From positions 4,647-68,646 of the forward strand of contig CAZNBY010000001.1 of assembly GCA_964571525.1 (NCBI GenBank): DNA of 64,000 bases, in the 5' to 3' direction. Position 1 is the first letter of the stretch. Every line of letters begins with the position of its first letter. The notes under the pieces are model-generated. The model was not told the DNA's origin. It saw only the letters and a program-made list of their open reading frames with translations, and made no database searches. A program made the translations under genes and the position numbers. The stretch is from an uncultured Planctomycetota bacterium. GTDB lineage: Bacteria; Planctomycetota; B143-G9. Positions 9,013 through 17,680 of the stretch are shown here, piece after piece.

Positions 9013-9840
9013 ATGTACAAGGTTATTGAACGAAAAATGATTGTCCCCAACCTGCACGAGCTTACTATCGAGGCTCCCGATGTTGCTTCTTCTGTAAAAC
9101 CCGGCAACTTCGTGATCGTTCGACCTGATGAACATGGCGAGCGTGTGCCGTTGTCTGTCGCAGACTGGAATAGCGATGCTGGCACTGTTACCTCTATCTT
9201 CATGCAGGTCGGCGCGTCAACCGCAAAGTTGGCACGATTGAAGGCCGGTGGCTTCATCCCCACCTATGCGGGACCGCTTGGCAAGGAGACCAAGATTGAC
9301 AGCTACGGCACGGTCGTATGTGTCGGTGGGTGCTACGGTATCGGCAGCATCTACCCTGTCGCCCGTGCGTTGAAGGATGCCGGCAACAAAGTCATCACTG
9401 TGATAGAGGCAAGAAGCAAGTTTCTGTTGTATTGGCAGGACAAATTCAAGGCGGTCTCAGACGATCTGATTCTGATCACGCGCGACGGCACCGCGGGGCG
9501 AAAAGGCCATGTCAAAGCGCTTCCCGAGTTGCTGAACAGCCGCAGCATCGTTCCAGACCTTATTATCGTCAACGGCTGCACTTTTCAGATGATGTCGGTT
9601 TCGCAGATTACAAAGCCGTTCGGTTGGAAGACTATCGTCAATATGAACCCGATTATGATTGATGGCACCGGCATGTGCGGAGTTTGCAGATTATCGGTCG
9701 CCGGTCAGACGAAGTTCGCTTGCGTTGACGGACCAGATTTCGACGGCCACGCGGTTGACTGGGATGAGTTCCTCGCGCGCAGAAAAAGCTATGTACCCGA
9801 GGAGGTTGAGCCTCTTCGCCGAAGCGGTTGTAGGTGCTGA
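9013..9840 (+). CDS. nfnA: NfnA/SudB-type ferredoxin-NADP reductase small subunit
   Basis: PGNFVIVR...GERVPLSVAD, GPLG, GGCYG, NPIMIDGTGMCGVCR...FACVDGPDFDG; RBS GGGAGG before ATG 9013. Confidence 0.92.
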   Translation: MYKVIERKMIVPNLHELTIEAPDVASSVKPGNFVIVRPDEHGERVPLSVADWNSDAGTVTSIFMQVGASTAKLARLKAGGFIPTYAGPLGKETKIDSYGTVVCVGGCYGIGSIYPVARALKDAGNKVITVIEARSKFLLYWQDKFKAVSDDLILITRDGTAGRKGHVKALPELLNSRSIVPDLIIVNGCTFQMMSVSQITKPFGWKTIVNMNPIMIDGTGMCGVCRLSVAGQTKFACVDGPDFDGHAVDWDEFLARRKSYVPEEVEPLRRSGCRC

Positions 9841-9882
9841 AGAGCATGATGAAGGTAACACCCAGACCACAGGAGTTCGTTT

Positions 9883-11292
9883 GTGAGCAATGAAGGTAAG
9901 AATGAAAAAGGCCGTCGGCCTATGCCGAAACAGCTCGAGCACGAGCGAATAAAGAACTTCGACGAGGTGGCTCTTGGCTACACCGAGGAGCTTGCGCGGC
10001 AGGAAGCGGCGCGCTGTCTAAGCTGTAAGAAGGCATTCTGCTCCGAGGGCTGCCCAGTGGGCATTGACATACCGGCATTCATCAAGTGCATCAAGGAGGG
10101 GCGCTTTGGTGACGGAGTCCGCACCATAAAGGCAACCAACGCCCTGCCTGCGATCTGCGGCCGCGTGTGCCCCCAAGAGGAACAGTGTGAAAAGACATGC
10201 ATTTTGGGCAAAAAGGGCGAACCAGTCGCCATTGGGCGCCTCGAACGCTTTCTTGCCGATAGAGAGGCTGCAGAGGGCAAGATAGAAAAACCACCCATTG
10301 CATTCCCAACAGGCCATAAGGTGGCAGTTGTTGGCGCAGGTCCCGCCGGAATCACTGTTGCGAACGATCTCTGCTTGCTTGGACACGATGTCACGATATT
10401 CGAAGCACTGCACGAACCCGGTGGCGTATTGACCTACGGCATACCCGAATTCCGCTTGCCAAAGGCAATTGTTAAGCGTGAGGTAGATTATATCAGATCG
10501 CTTGGAGCAACGCTGAAGCTCGATTACATAGTTGGAAAGACACGAACCGTTGACTCTTTGCTTGCAGAATACGATGCCATGTTCATCGCCTCCGGCGCGG
10601 GTCTCCCATGGTTTCTTGGTGTGGATGGCGAGAACTACAACGGCGTTTACAGTGCGAATGAGTATCTTACACGCGTGAATCTTATGAAGGGCTTTCTTTT
10701 CCCCGATTACGATACACCCATCAAACGGCCATCTGTGGTCTGCGTGGTGGGCGGCGGCAATGTCGCGATGGACAGCGCACGGACAGCGATAAGGCTTGGC
10801 GCGGACGAGGTTCATATAGTCTATCGCCGAAGCAAGAACGAGCTGCCCGCCCGCCTTGAGGAGGTTGAGAACGCTGAGGAGGAGGGAGTCATCTTCGACC
10901 TGCTGACACTTCCCACAAGGGTTGTTGGCGACAAACTGGGTTGGGTTACAGGGCTTGAGTGCCTAAAGATGGAGTTGGGTGAACCCGATGAATCGGGAAG
11001 GCGCAAGCCTATTCCTGTTGAAGGCTCTGACTTTGTGATGAAGGCAGATGCGGTGGTCGTGGCGATTGGCAACAGCCCGAACCCATTGATACCACTCACC
11101 ACACCCGGCCTTGAGATTGGGCGCAAGGGCAACATTGTTACTAACGAACTCGGACGCACATCGCGGCACAATGTGTGGGCTGCGGGCGATGTTGTCACAG
11201 GCGCGGCAACAGTGATAAGCGCGATGGGCGCGGCTCGCATCGCCGCAAAATCAATGCACGATTATCTTATGAACCTACCAACGAACAAGTGA
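9883..11292 (+). CDS. nfnB: NfnB/SudA (GltD-like) large subunit
   Basis: EAARCLSCKKAFCSEGCPV, CGRVCPQEEQCE, GAGPAG, YGIPEFRLP, GGGNVAMD, YRRS, AGDVVTG. Confidence 0.93.
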   Translation: MSNEGKNEKGRRPMPKQLEHERIKNFDEVALGYTEELARQEAARCLSCKKAFCSEGCPVGIDIPAFIKCIKEGRFGDGVRTIKATNALPAICGRVCPQEEQCEKTCILGKKGEPVAIGRLERFLADREAAEGKIEKPPIAFPTGHKVAVVGAGPAGITVANDLCLLGHDVTIFEALHEPGGVLTYGIPEFRLPKAIVKREVDYIRSLGATLKLDYIVGKTRTVDSLLAEYDAMFIASGAGLPWFLGVDGENYNGVYSANEYLTRVNLMKGFLFPDYDTPIKRPSVVCVVGGGNVAMDSARTAIRLGADEVHIVYRRSKNELPARLEEVENAEEEGVIFDLLTLPTRVVGDKLGWVTGLECLKMELGEPDESGRRKPIPVEGSDFVMKADAVVVAIGNSPNPLIPLTTPGLEIGRKGNIVTNELGRTSRHNVWAAGDVVTGAATVISAMGAARIAAKSMHDYLMNLPTNK

Positions 11293-11303
11293 GCAAAGAT
11301 AAG

Positions 11304-11648
11304 ATGCATCTGAGCGAAATTGTCGTATTGCTTGACTGCGAAGTGCTTTGCGGGACAGAAAAACTCGACATTGAAATTACCGCCGTAGTCGCATCTGATG
11401 GAATGAGCGAGATATTGGCCTTTGCTCGTTGCGGAGAGCTTATGATTACAGGTCTGACGAATATACAGTCAATTCGAACAGCCGATATTGCCGGAGTCAG
11501 CGCAGTCCTTTATTGCCGTGGAAAAGTGCCCGCAGAAAATGTTGTGGAGCACGCAAAGCTGAAGGGAATACCAGTTCTGATATCTAAGCTGGGAATGTTC
11601 GAAATCTGCGGCAAGCTCTATGTTGCGGGTCTGAAGGGGGTGTCCTGA
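11304..11648 (+). CDS. DRTGG-domain protein
   Basis: ASDGMSEIL...MITGLTNIQSIRTADIAGVSAVLYCRGK; start at ATG 11304. Confidence 0.85.
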   Translation: MHLSEIVVLLDCEVLCGTEKLDIEITAVVASDGMSEILAFARCGELMITGLTNIQSIRTADIAGVSAVLYCRGKVPAENVVEHAKLKGIPVLISKLGMFEICGKLYVAGLKGVS

Positions 11649-12085
11649 TGCCGGTCGAGCTTCTCCGCCAAGAATTCACTGTGCAGGGACGCAACTTCGA
11701 CAAGGCGGGCGAGGTATCGAGCGAGATAAAGGTCATACTCAAAGGGCTTGGCATAGACGGCGAAATAATCAGGCGGGTCGTTGTCGTCTCTTTCGAAGCC
11801 GAGATGAATGTCACGATGTATGCTACGCGTGGCATAATATCTTTTGTGCTAACTGATGAAAGCATCGAGTTGACGATCAAAGATGAGGGACCGGGCATAC
11901 CGGATATCGAGCTTGCGATGCAGGAGGGCTATTCGACCGCTTCTGATGAAATGCGCGAAATGGGTTTCGGCTTCGGTATGGGGCTTCCCAATATGAAGAA
12001 GAACTCGGACATTTTTCGCATCGAGTCAACTGTCAATCAAGGCACAACCGTTTACTCCATAATAGGGCATAACGCAAGTGCTTAG
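11648..12085 (+). CDS. RsbT/anti-sigma-like HATPase_c Ser/Thr kinase
   Basis: N-box EAEMNV, G1 DEGPGI, G2 GFGFGMGLPN; coupled to the preceding stop. Confidence 0.88.
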   Translation: MPVELLRQEFTVQGRNFDKAGEVSSEIKVILKGLGIDGEIIRRVVVVSFEAEMNVTMYATRGIISFVLTDESIELTIKDEGPGIPDIELAMQEGYSTASDEMREMGFGFGMGLPNMKKNSDIFRIESTVNQGTTVYSIIGHNASA

Positions 12086-13388
12086 CCTAAAACACGGTTT
12101 TAAGATAAACACTACACTATGCAACGGATGCATGTCATGTATGAGGGCATGCCTGACCGAAGCACTGAGAATACGAAAAGGGAAGGCCGTTTTGATTCCC
12201 GAAAAGTGCATAGACTGCGGTATGTGCCTTCGCGTCTGCCCTGTCGGTGCGATCGTCGCAGCAACGCTCGATACTGCATATCTGAGCGGATTCAAGCTGA
12301 AGGTTGCTCTGCCCTCTGCTGTCCTTTACTCGCAATTTCCACAGTGTGACACGCCAGCAAGCATAAATCGTGCTTTAAAGCTCTGCGGATTCGATGAGGT
12401 GTGGGATCTTTCAACTGAAATAGAGCTTGTCAATCGTGCAATTCGCGATTGCCTGCAGAACTGGAAGGGGACATATCCACTTATCTCAAGCTCTTGCCCG
12501 GTGATAGTCCGCTTGCTTCAGGTCGCCTATCCCACAATGGTCGGGCAGATATTGCCGATCGAAGTCCCACGCGAACTTGCGGGGCGCGCCCTGAAAAAAC
12601 ACTATTCAGAAAAGTATGGCATTTCAGAGGACGACATCGCTGCAATCTACATCACCCCCTGCCAAGCCAAGACAATCTCAATATTTAAACCCGCCGAGCA
12701 AGTTAAGAGCATCCTTGACGGAGCTATTGGAATTTCTGAGTTGTATAACAGGCTCTTGTACACGATGAGGGAAATGGAGGAGATGAATCCAGACGATAAA
12801 TGCGATATCGGATCGGATCTGCTGCTAAGTTGGGCTACACCAGAGGGACAGGCGTCGAATCTATCACGCCATCGCTATCTTCAGATAACCGGTCTGCCAA
12901 ATGTGATACGAGTTTTCGACGATATCGAAAAGGGCAAGCTGAGGAACATTGACTTTCTTGAATGCTACGCCTGTCGCGGCGGTTGCATTGGTGGTAACCT
13001 GACAGTTGATAATGTCTATGTCGCCCGAGGAAAGCTGCTTCATTTGATGTCGCAGCGACGCGAGCCCTCACAGAAGTTTAAGGACGAGGTTGAAAGGCGC
13101 TATCAGACCGAAGATTTTTCGCTAAAAGCACCAGTCAAGCCGCGTGCGCAGACGCCTGACGGCGCCGGCCTTCTTGAGCGGGTAAAACGCCGCAAAAAGG
13201 CTGAAGAGGTATTCAGCATTCTTCCCGGCCTCAACTGCGGGCTGTGTGGCGCGCCCAACTGCCGTGCACACGCTGAGGATGTCTCAGCGGGCGAATCCTC
13301 TGCCGATCACTGCGTAATACTCTCAAAAGACCGCATTGACTACCTTCGCAGCATATATCTAAAGAGGAAAAACGCCGATACGGAGTGA
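12078..13388 (+). CDS. group D-like (putatively sensory) [FeFe]-hydrogenase, HydS-like
   Basis: N-terminal 2x[4Fe-4S]; H-domain motifs SSSCPV, ITPCQAK, ECYACRGGCIGG; C-terminal PGLNCGLCGAPNC Fe-S domain. Confidence 0.85.
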   Translation: MLSLKHGFKINTTLCNGCMSCMRACLTEALRIRKGKAVLIPEKCIDCGMCLRVCPVGAIVAATLDTAYLSGFKLKVALPSAVLYSQFPQCDTPASINRALKLCGFDEVWDLSTEIELVNRAIRDCLQNWKGTYPLISSSCPVIVRLLQVAYPTMVGQILPIEVPRELAGRALKKHYSEKYGISEDDIAAIYITPCQAKTISIFKPAEQVKSILDGAIGISELYNRLLYTMREMEEMNPDDKCDIGSDLLLSWATPEGQASNLSRHRYLQITGLPNVIRVFDDIEKGKLRNIDFLECYACRGGCIGGNLTVDNVYVARGKLLHLMSQRREPSQKFKDEVERRYQTEDFSLKAPVKPRAQTPDGAGLLERVKRRKKAEEVFSILPGLNCGLCGAPNCRAHAEDVSAGESSADHCVILSKDRIDYLRSIYLKRKNADTE

Positions 13389-13393
13389 CGGGG

Positions 13394-14917
13394 TTATTTT
13401 CCCCCCGCACACCATTTCGACCATGCTGGGATGAGGGCTCGGAGACTCGTGTCTTTCGAGCTTTCAGGATGCGGCGAGCATAACACCACACGCCCCTTTC
13501 CAAACGGTGCCCGTATCATCGCGTCTGTTCCCGGCATCACTCCGGCAGGCGCCCCATTTTCGGCAAATTCACCCCGATAAATGCCCAACACCTCGTATTT
13601 CGGCAAATCGCCTTCCTTGCGCGGCACAAGTAACGGCCCCTGACCGTAATATACATTAACCAACCCCGCAGCCCTTCCGATTAGTGATGCACCTGCCTTT
13701 GAAAGCTCAATCTCAACTGTTCCACTGCCACGCGCCCAATGCGCCGAGTCCTTCACATCAGCCCGTATTATCCCAAGTGACCATGAATAATAGGCCGTTC
13801 CAAGATACGCGCCAGCGCAGATGCCTATGTAACCACCCCCGTTCTTGACGAACTCGACAACCCGCTCACGACCCTCTTTGGTAAGAGCCGTCGCAATCGA
13901 AGAACCACTGCCCCCGGGGAATACAACCACATCGAACTGCGCAAGACCGCCATAATATACGGTTGCTGCCGCGATGCGCCTTATTTGCGCCCCTGTTACG
14001 CCCTCATAGCACCTTTCTACTGGAAATGCGCTGCCTGCTCCTGCGCCTGTATCATCATAAATCGCAACCCGATGTTCGTTGGCTTTCTTTTGTTCAAAGA
14101 AGAAAGTATCAACTGGGCACGGTACCATGCCCAGTTCAACAAGCAGCAGATTGGCCAGCATAGCGCACCGTCTTTGCGCCGCGCCCGCATGTTCAGGCGC
14201 ACTGGTTACCCTCAGAGCCTTACACTTAAGCACCTTTCGCGCAGCCCCCGCAGGCGACCCGTTCAAAGCATCGTTCAACTGTACAAATCCATGCCTTTCT
14301 ATACCAGAGGGCATATCGGCATTAGTTTGTGCGATAAGTTGCGGGAGCAGTTTCTCTTCATCGCCTCCCGGCCAATATGAGACCGTGTTGCCAAAACTCG
14401 GACGCAAGTCTGTTGAGTTCTGAAGATAGTCGCGCGATGATCTAAACTCGATAACCCAGTTTGGCTTGGCATCGCAGATAGTATGCCAGATTGCAGCCAC
14501 AATGGGATGAGGTTCTTTGGCAGATTCGATGCCCGAAAAAGCTGTTGCCAGAGAAAAGGCGCTTTTACCATCCACACCTGCTACGGTGCGCACACCGCTA
14601 ATGCATCCCGCCTCATTTGCGCGCGGTATCACGGTCAGCTTGCCCTTCTCTACGCGCCATTGACTTATCTGCTGCGCGACAGCCCGTGTTACAGGTTCAT
14701 CCCCATTCAACCCACCGATCAACACGATGGAAGGACCCTCTTTACCGCTATTGTATGTGTATGCGACCGTCGAAAATGGTGTATCCGGTGCAATTGTGGT
14801 GCTTACCCAAACCGGAACAACATCCGCAGGAGCAGTCTTCTGCTCTGCAAAGCAAAGCCCAAAGACACTTATAAGCGACATGCAAAGAGCTATGTGTACG
14901 ATAATGCGAATCTTCAT
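13394..14917 (-). CDS. secreted protein: M14/AstE-like domain plus BPL_N (class I GATase-like) domain
   Basis: Signal peptide from ATG 14917; GGLNGDEP and VIPRAN (M14-like); FPGGSG, GICAGAY, SPHPE (GATase-like). Confidence 0.75.
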   Translation of the reverse strand: MKIRIIVHIALCMSLISVFGLCFAEQKTAPADVVPVWVSTTIAPDTPFSTVAYTYNSGKEGPSIVLIGGLNGDEPVTRAVAQQISQWRVEKGKLTVIPRANEAGCISGVRTVAGVDGKSAFSLATAFSGIESAKEPHPIVAAIWHTICDAKPNWVIEFRSSRDYLQNSTDLRPSFGNTVSYWPGGDEEKLLPQLIAQTNADMPSGIERHGFVQLNDALNGSPAGAARKVLKCKALRVTSAPEHAGAAQRRCAMLANLLLVELGMVPCPVDTFFFEQKKANEHRVAIYDDTGAGAGSAFPVERCYEGVTGAQIRRIAAATVYYGGLAQFDVVVFPGGSGSSIATALTKEGRERVVEFVKNGGGYIGICAGAYLGTAYYSWSLGIIRADVKDSAHWARGSGTVEIELSKAGASLIGRAAGLVNVYYGQGPLLVPRKEGDLPKYEVLGIYRGEFAENGAPAGVMPGTDAMIRAPFGKGRVVLCSPHPESSKDTSLRALIPAWSKWCAGGK

Positions 14918-15534
14918 TATCGTCGTGGCTTTCTCGTTGGCACGGCTTGCGTCGCCTTGCACGCTTCGATCTTACCGAGCACTTTAGGGATATCTGTGTG
15001 GCAACTATCCAACCAATCCTTGTCGTTTTCAGCATTCCACTTTTCAAGAATCATTGCCCGTTTCTTTGCATCTTCCAGGTGATTTCTCAGCATGCCCCAT
15101 ATGTTCTTATCATTTTTATCATAATCAGGCAATTTATCTTTTAGTTTCTGACGCATTTTCCAGCGATCATTTTTTATCTCTTTATCGCTGAAGTGCAGAT
15201 AGAACCATAATTCCATACACGGATTAGACACGCAAAGCATTATCTTCTTTTCCTTCCTGCATGCCTCATATACACGAATAATTGAATCATGCTCGATACC
15301 ATCACATACAATAATTGCCTTATCTATCCTCTGATCCTTACTTTTTATTTCATCCTGCGCTTTTTGGTACAGGGTTTTTGGGTCAGGTCCTGCAGTTACA
15401 ATCGACACAGTTTGCCTTGAAATGTGAAGTTCTTTCCTATATCCCTCAAGATAGTTACATTCCGATGCCCCTTCACAAAGAATCAAAAGAGATAGCTCAG
15501 ATGGAATCCGTGCGTTTTTCCCTTTTCGCGTCAC
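14917..15534 (-). CDS. rloB: RloB family protein (TOPRIM-like)
   Basis: LILCEGASECNYL, IIVCDG, SNPCMELWFYLHF, A.KRA..L. Confidence 0.88.
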   Translation of the reverse strand: MTRKGKNARIPSELSLLILCEGASECNYLEGYRKELHISRQTVSIVTAGPDPKTLYQKAQDEIKSKDQRIDKAIIVCDGIEHDSIIRVYEACRKEKKIMLCVSNPCMELWFYLHFSDKEIKNDRWKMRQKLKDKLPDYDKNDKNIWGMLRNHLEDAKKRAMILEKWNAENDKDWLDSCHTDIPKVLGKIEACKATQAVPTRKPRR

Positions 15535-16853
15535 TTTCCCTCCTCCGTGTCGCCAGTAAGAACGCTCTCATCTGGGAGATCAATGACGGGGATGCCCCCG
15601 TACTTGCCGACGAAGTACCGGTCGCGTATGTTGTGCCTTTGGGGGTCAATGCCATCAACATCCCATAGTGAGTATATGCTCGATGCTCCGTTCACCTTTT
15701 GTACGATATTTATCTGGTCCCGCCTCAGCAGGTCCATGTCGAGCAGTTCAAGATCGTGGGTTGTGAATATAAGCTGCGCTCCCTTCTTGTTGAGCTTTTC
15801 GCTTCTAAAACACTCGATTATCATCGCGGTCAGATGTGTGTGAAAGCTCGTATCAATCTCATCAACAACAAGGCATCGCCCGTTATTAACTACATCAATC
15901 AAAGGACCAACAAGAGATAAGAAAGCCCGAGTCCCCTCCGATTCATCTTCATAATTTATCGTTCTTGAGCATTGATTATTGGCTTTGTCAATCGCCTTAT
16001 GGCTCATCTTTGCCATTACTCGCTCAGTATTTCGCAGCTTTTCCGACAATTCGTTCGGTATTCTCTCTTTACCTCTCACCGAACTTAAATACTCGTAATA
16101 GTTTCCTTCATATGTCGAGATATCTTCAATGTCAATATCTGCAGCTTTTAAGAAGGAAATTACAGCGTTCTTAAAATTGTTGTTCCTATGAATATTATAT
16201 AGAGTGTAATGCTCCAATACTGAAAGCTCGCTAGGAAACTTGAAACTGTCACGGAACCATGACAAAGCTTTTTTTGAACTCTCCATGTTAAAGCTACTCG
16301 TTACAGCAAGAAAGGATGAGTTTGGTCGCGTCATTGCCTCCAATGCTTTTAACGCTTTTTCATGATTTTTCCCGTATTGATATACATATTTATTGCTTTC
16401 TTCGAGGCTCCGCCTATAAATTAGATCACTTACTCTACCTCTTTTACATTTTAAACATTCGTACGATATATACCTGGTGGTTGCATGCACTTCATAGTCA
16501 AACAGCATGTCATCAACTACATATTTTACCGAAAATTTCGATGGCCTCTCCATCATTGCATCATCCCACCTAAAAGGCTGTATGCTCTCGGGGAGCAAAT
16601 TCTCGTCTGTTAATGAGAAAATAGCAATCTTCCAGATCGCTTTGAGTGCTCGCATCATATTCGACTTGCCAGCGGCATTTGGGCCGATTATGCCCGCGTA
16701 TTTAAGCAAACCTGCCTTGCCAGCAGCGGGGTTGCCTTTATACACATTGTGAGGATGCATCTTCGCACCAGCCCTATCCTTGGCTGGCACCATCGAAAGC
16801 ACTGCCTCGTCGCGAAACGACCGAAAGTTAGAGACCTTGAACTCTACAAGCAT
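15531..16853 (-). CDS. RloA-like ABC-type (AAA_21) ATPase
   Basis: FKVSNFRSF, Walker A GPNAAGKSN, signature ESEGT, Walker B DEIDTSFH, QLIFTTHD; start at 16853 after GGAGG. Confidence 0.9.
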   Translation of the reverse strand: MLVEFKVSNFRSFRDEAVLSMVPAKDRAGAKMHPHNVYKGNPAAGKAGLLKYAGIIGPNAAGKSNMMRALKAIWKIAIFSLTDENLLPESIQPFRWDDAMMERPSKFSVKYVVDDMLFDYEVHATTRYISYECLKCKRGRVSDLIYRRSLEESNKYVYQYGKNHEKALKALEAMTRPNSSFLAVTSSFNMESSKKALSWFRDSFKFPSELSVLEHYTLYNIHRNNNFKNAVISFLKAADIDIEDISTYEGNYYEYLSSVRGKERIPNELSEKLRNTERVMAKMSHKAIDKANNQCSRTINYEDESEGTRAFLSLVGPLIDVVNNGRCLVVDEIDTSFHTHLTAMIIECFRSEKLNKKGAQLIFTTHDLELLDMDLLRRDQINIVQKVNGASSIYSLWDVDGIDPQRHNIRDRYFVGKYGGIPVIDLPDESVLTGDTEEGK

Positions 16854-16880
16854 AATGCCCTCCACATGCGTGTAAATGGC

Positions 16881-16908
16881 ATTTTACGCATAATATGCGT
16901 ATTGTCAA
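16881..16908 (-). promoter_or_regulatory. rloA promoter with palindromic operator
   Basis: TTGACA-N16-TAAAAT; perfect palindrome TACGCATA-A-TATGCGTA at 16885-16901. Confidence 0.6.
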
Positions 16909-16969
16909 GCATATTATTGGCACATTCTGATTTGTTATGCCTTTTTTTCGAGTTATTATCGCTTTCCCC

Positions 16970-17593
16970 TCACTCCACCTCTTCGAATATCTCGCTTAAC
17001 GGCTTTTTGGGTGCTTGGGTGATCGCGCCGTCGGGTCTGCCCATTGCAATCAGCGCTTCGAGCCGCCACGGTTTTACCACATCAAGTGCAAACTCAAGCT
17101 CTGGGCGGGCGATTACAGGGCCTGATAGCCAGCAGGTTCCATATCCAAGCGCGGTTGCCGCAAGCAGAAAGTTTTCAACCGCAGCGCCCACCGAGGTGTA
17201 ATCTGGCATACCACGCATCTCGTTCAACTCCTGCGCGCTGAGACCGAGTTTGTCGAGCACTGGGGTCATAACGCTTTCATAAGGGCGCATCAGCACCGCG
17301 ACGACAACCGGAGCATCTGCAAAAAAGGTTGAATACCACTTCACCTTGCGCGCGATCTCGGCGTCAACCGGCGCGGCAGAGAACAACCGGTCGAGTTTCA
17401 CACCAACCACTTTGCCCATCTCATTAAGCTTGGCACTGTTAAACACGGCGACAAATTTCCACGGTTGCTCATTGTGCGGACTTGGTGCGCGACCAGCGGC
17501 TTCAACGCACTTCTTGACTATATCGCGTGGTACAGGCTCGTTTGTGAATTTACGCTTGCTGCCGCGAGCGGCGATGGTTTCGAACAATTCCAT
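16970..17593 (-). CDS. nitroreductase family protein
   Basis: IAARGSKRKF, APSPHNEQPWKF, ENFLLAATALGYGTCW. Confidence 0.9.
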   Translation of the reverse strand: MELFETIAARGSKRKFTNEPVPRDIVKKCVEAAGRAPSPHNEQPWKFVAVFNSAKLNEMGKVVGVKLDRLFSAAPVDAEIARKVKWYSTFFADAPVVVAVLMRPYESVMTPVLDKLGLSAQELNEMRGMPDYTSVGAAVENFLLAATALGYGTCWLSGPVIARPELEFALDVVKPWRLEALIAMGRPDGAITQAPKKPLSEIFEEVE

Positions 17594-17680
17594 GCTTTCC
17601 CCTTTGTTGTGTTTATGCTAATATACCACAACGCGCCCCGAAGGGCGCGAAGTGGAGTTCAAATTCATACTGCGCGAAAG

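Noticed and set aside
10018-10815. Long antisense ORFs (also 30721-31491, 21483-22037 and many shorter ones)
   Set aside because: They shadow well-supported genes on the opposite strand and show no motifs
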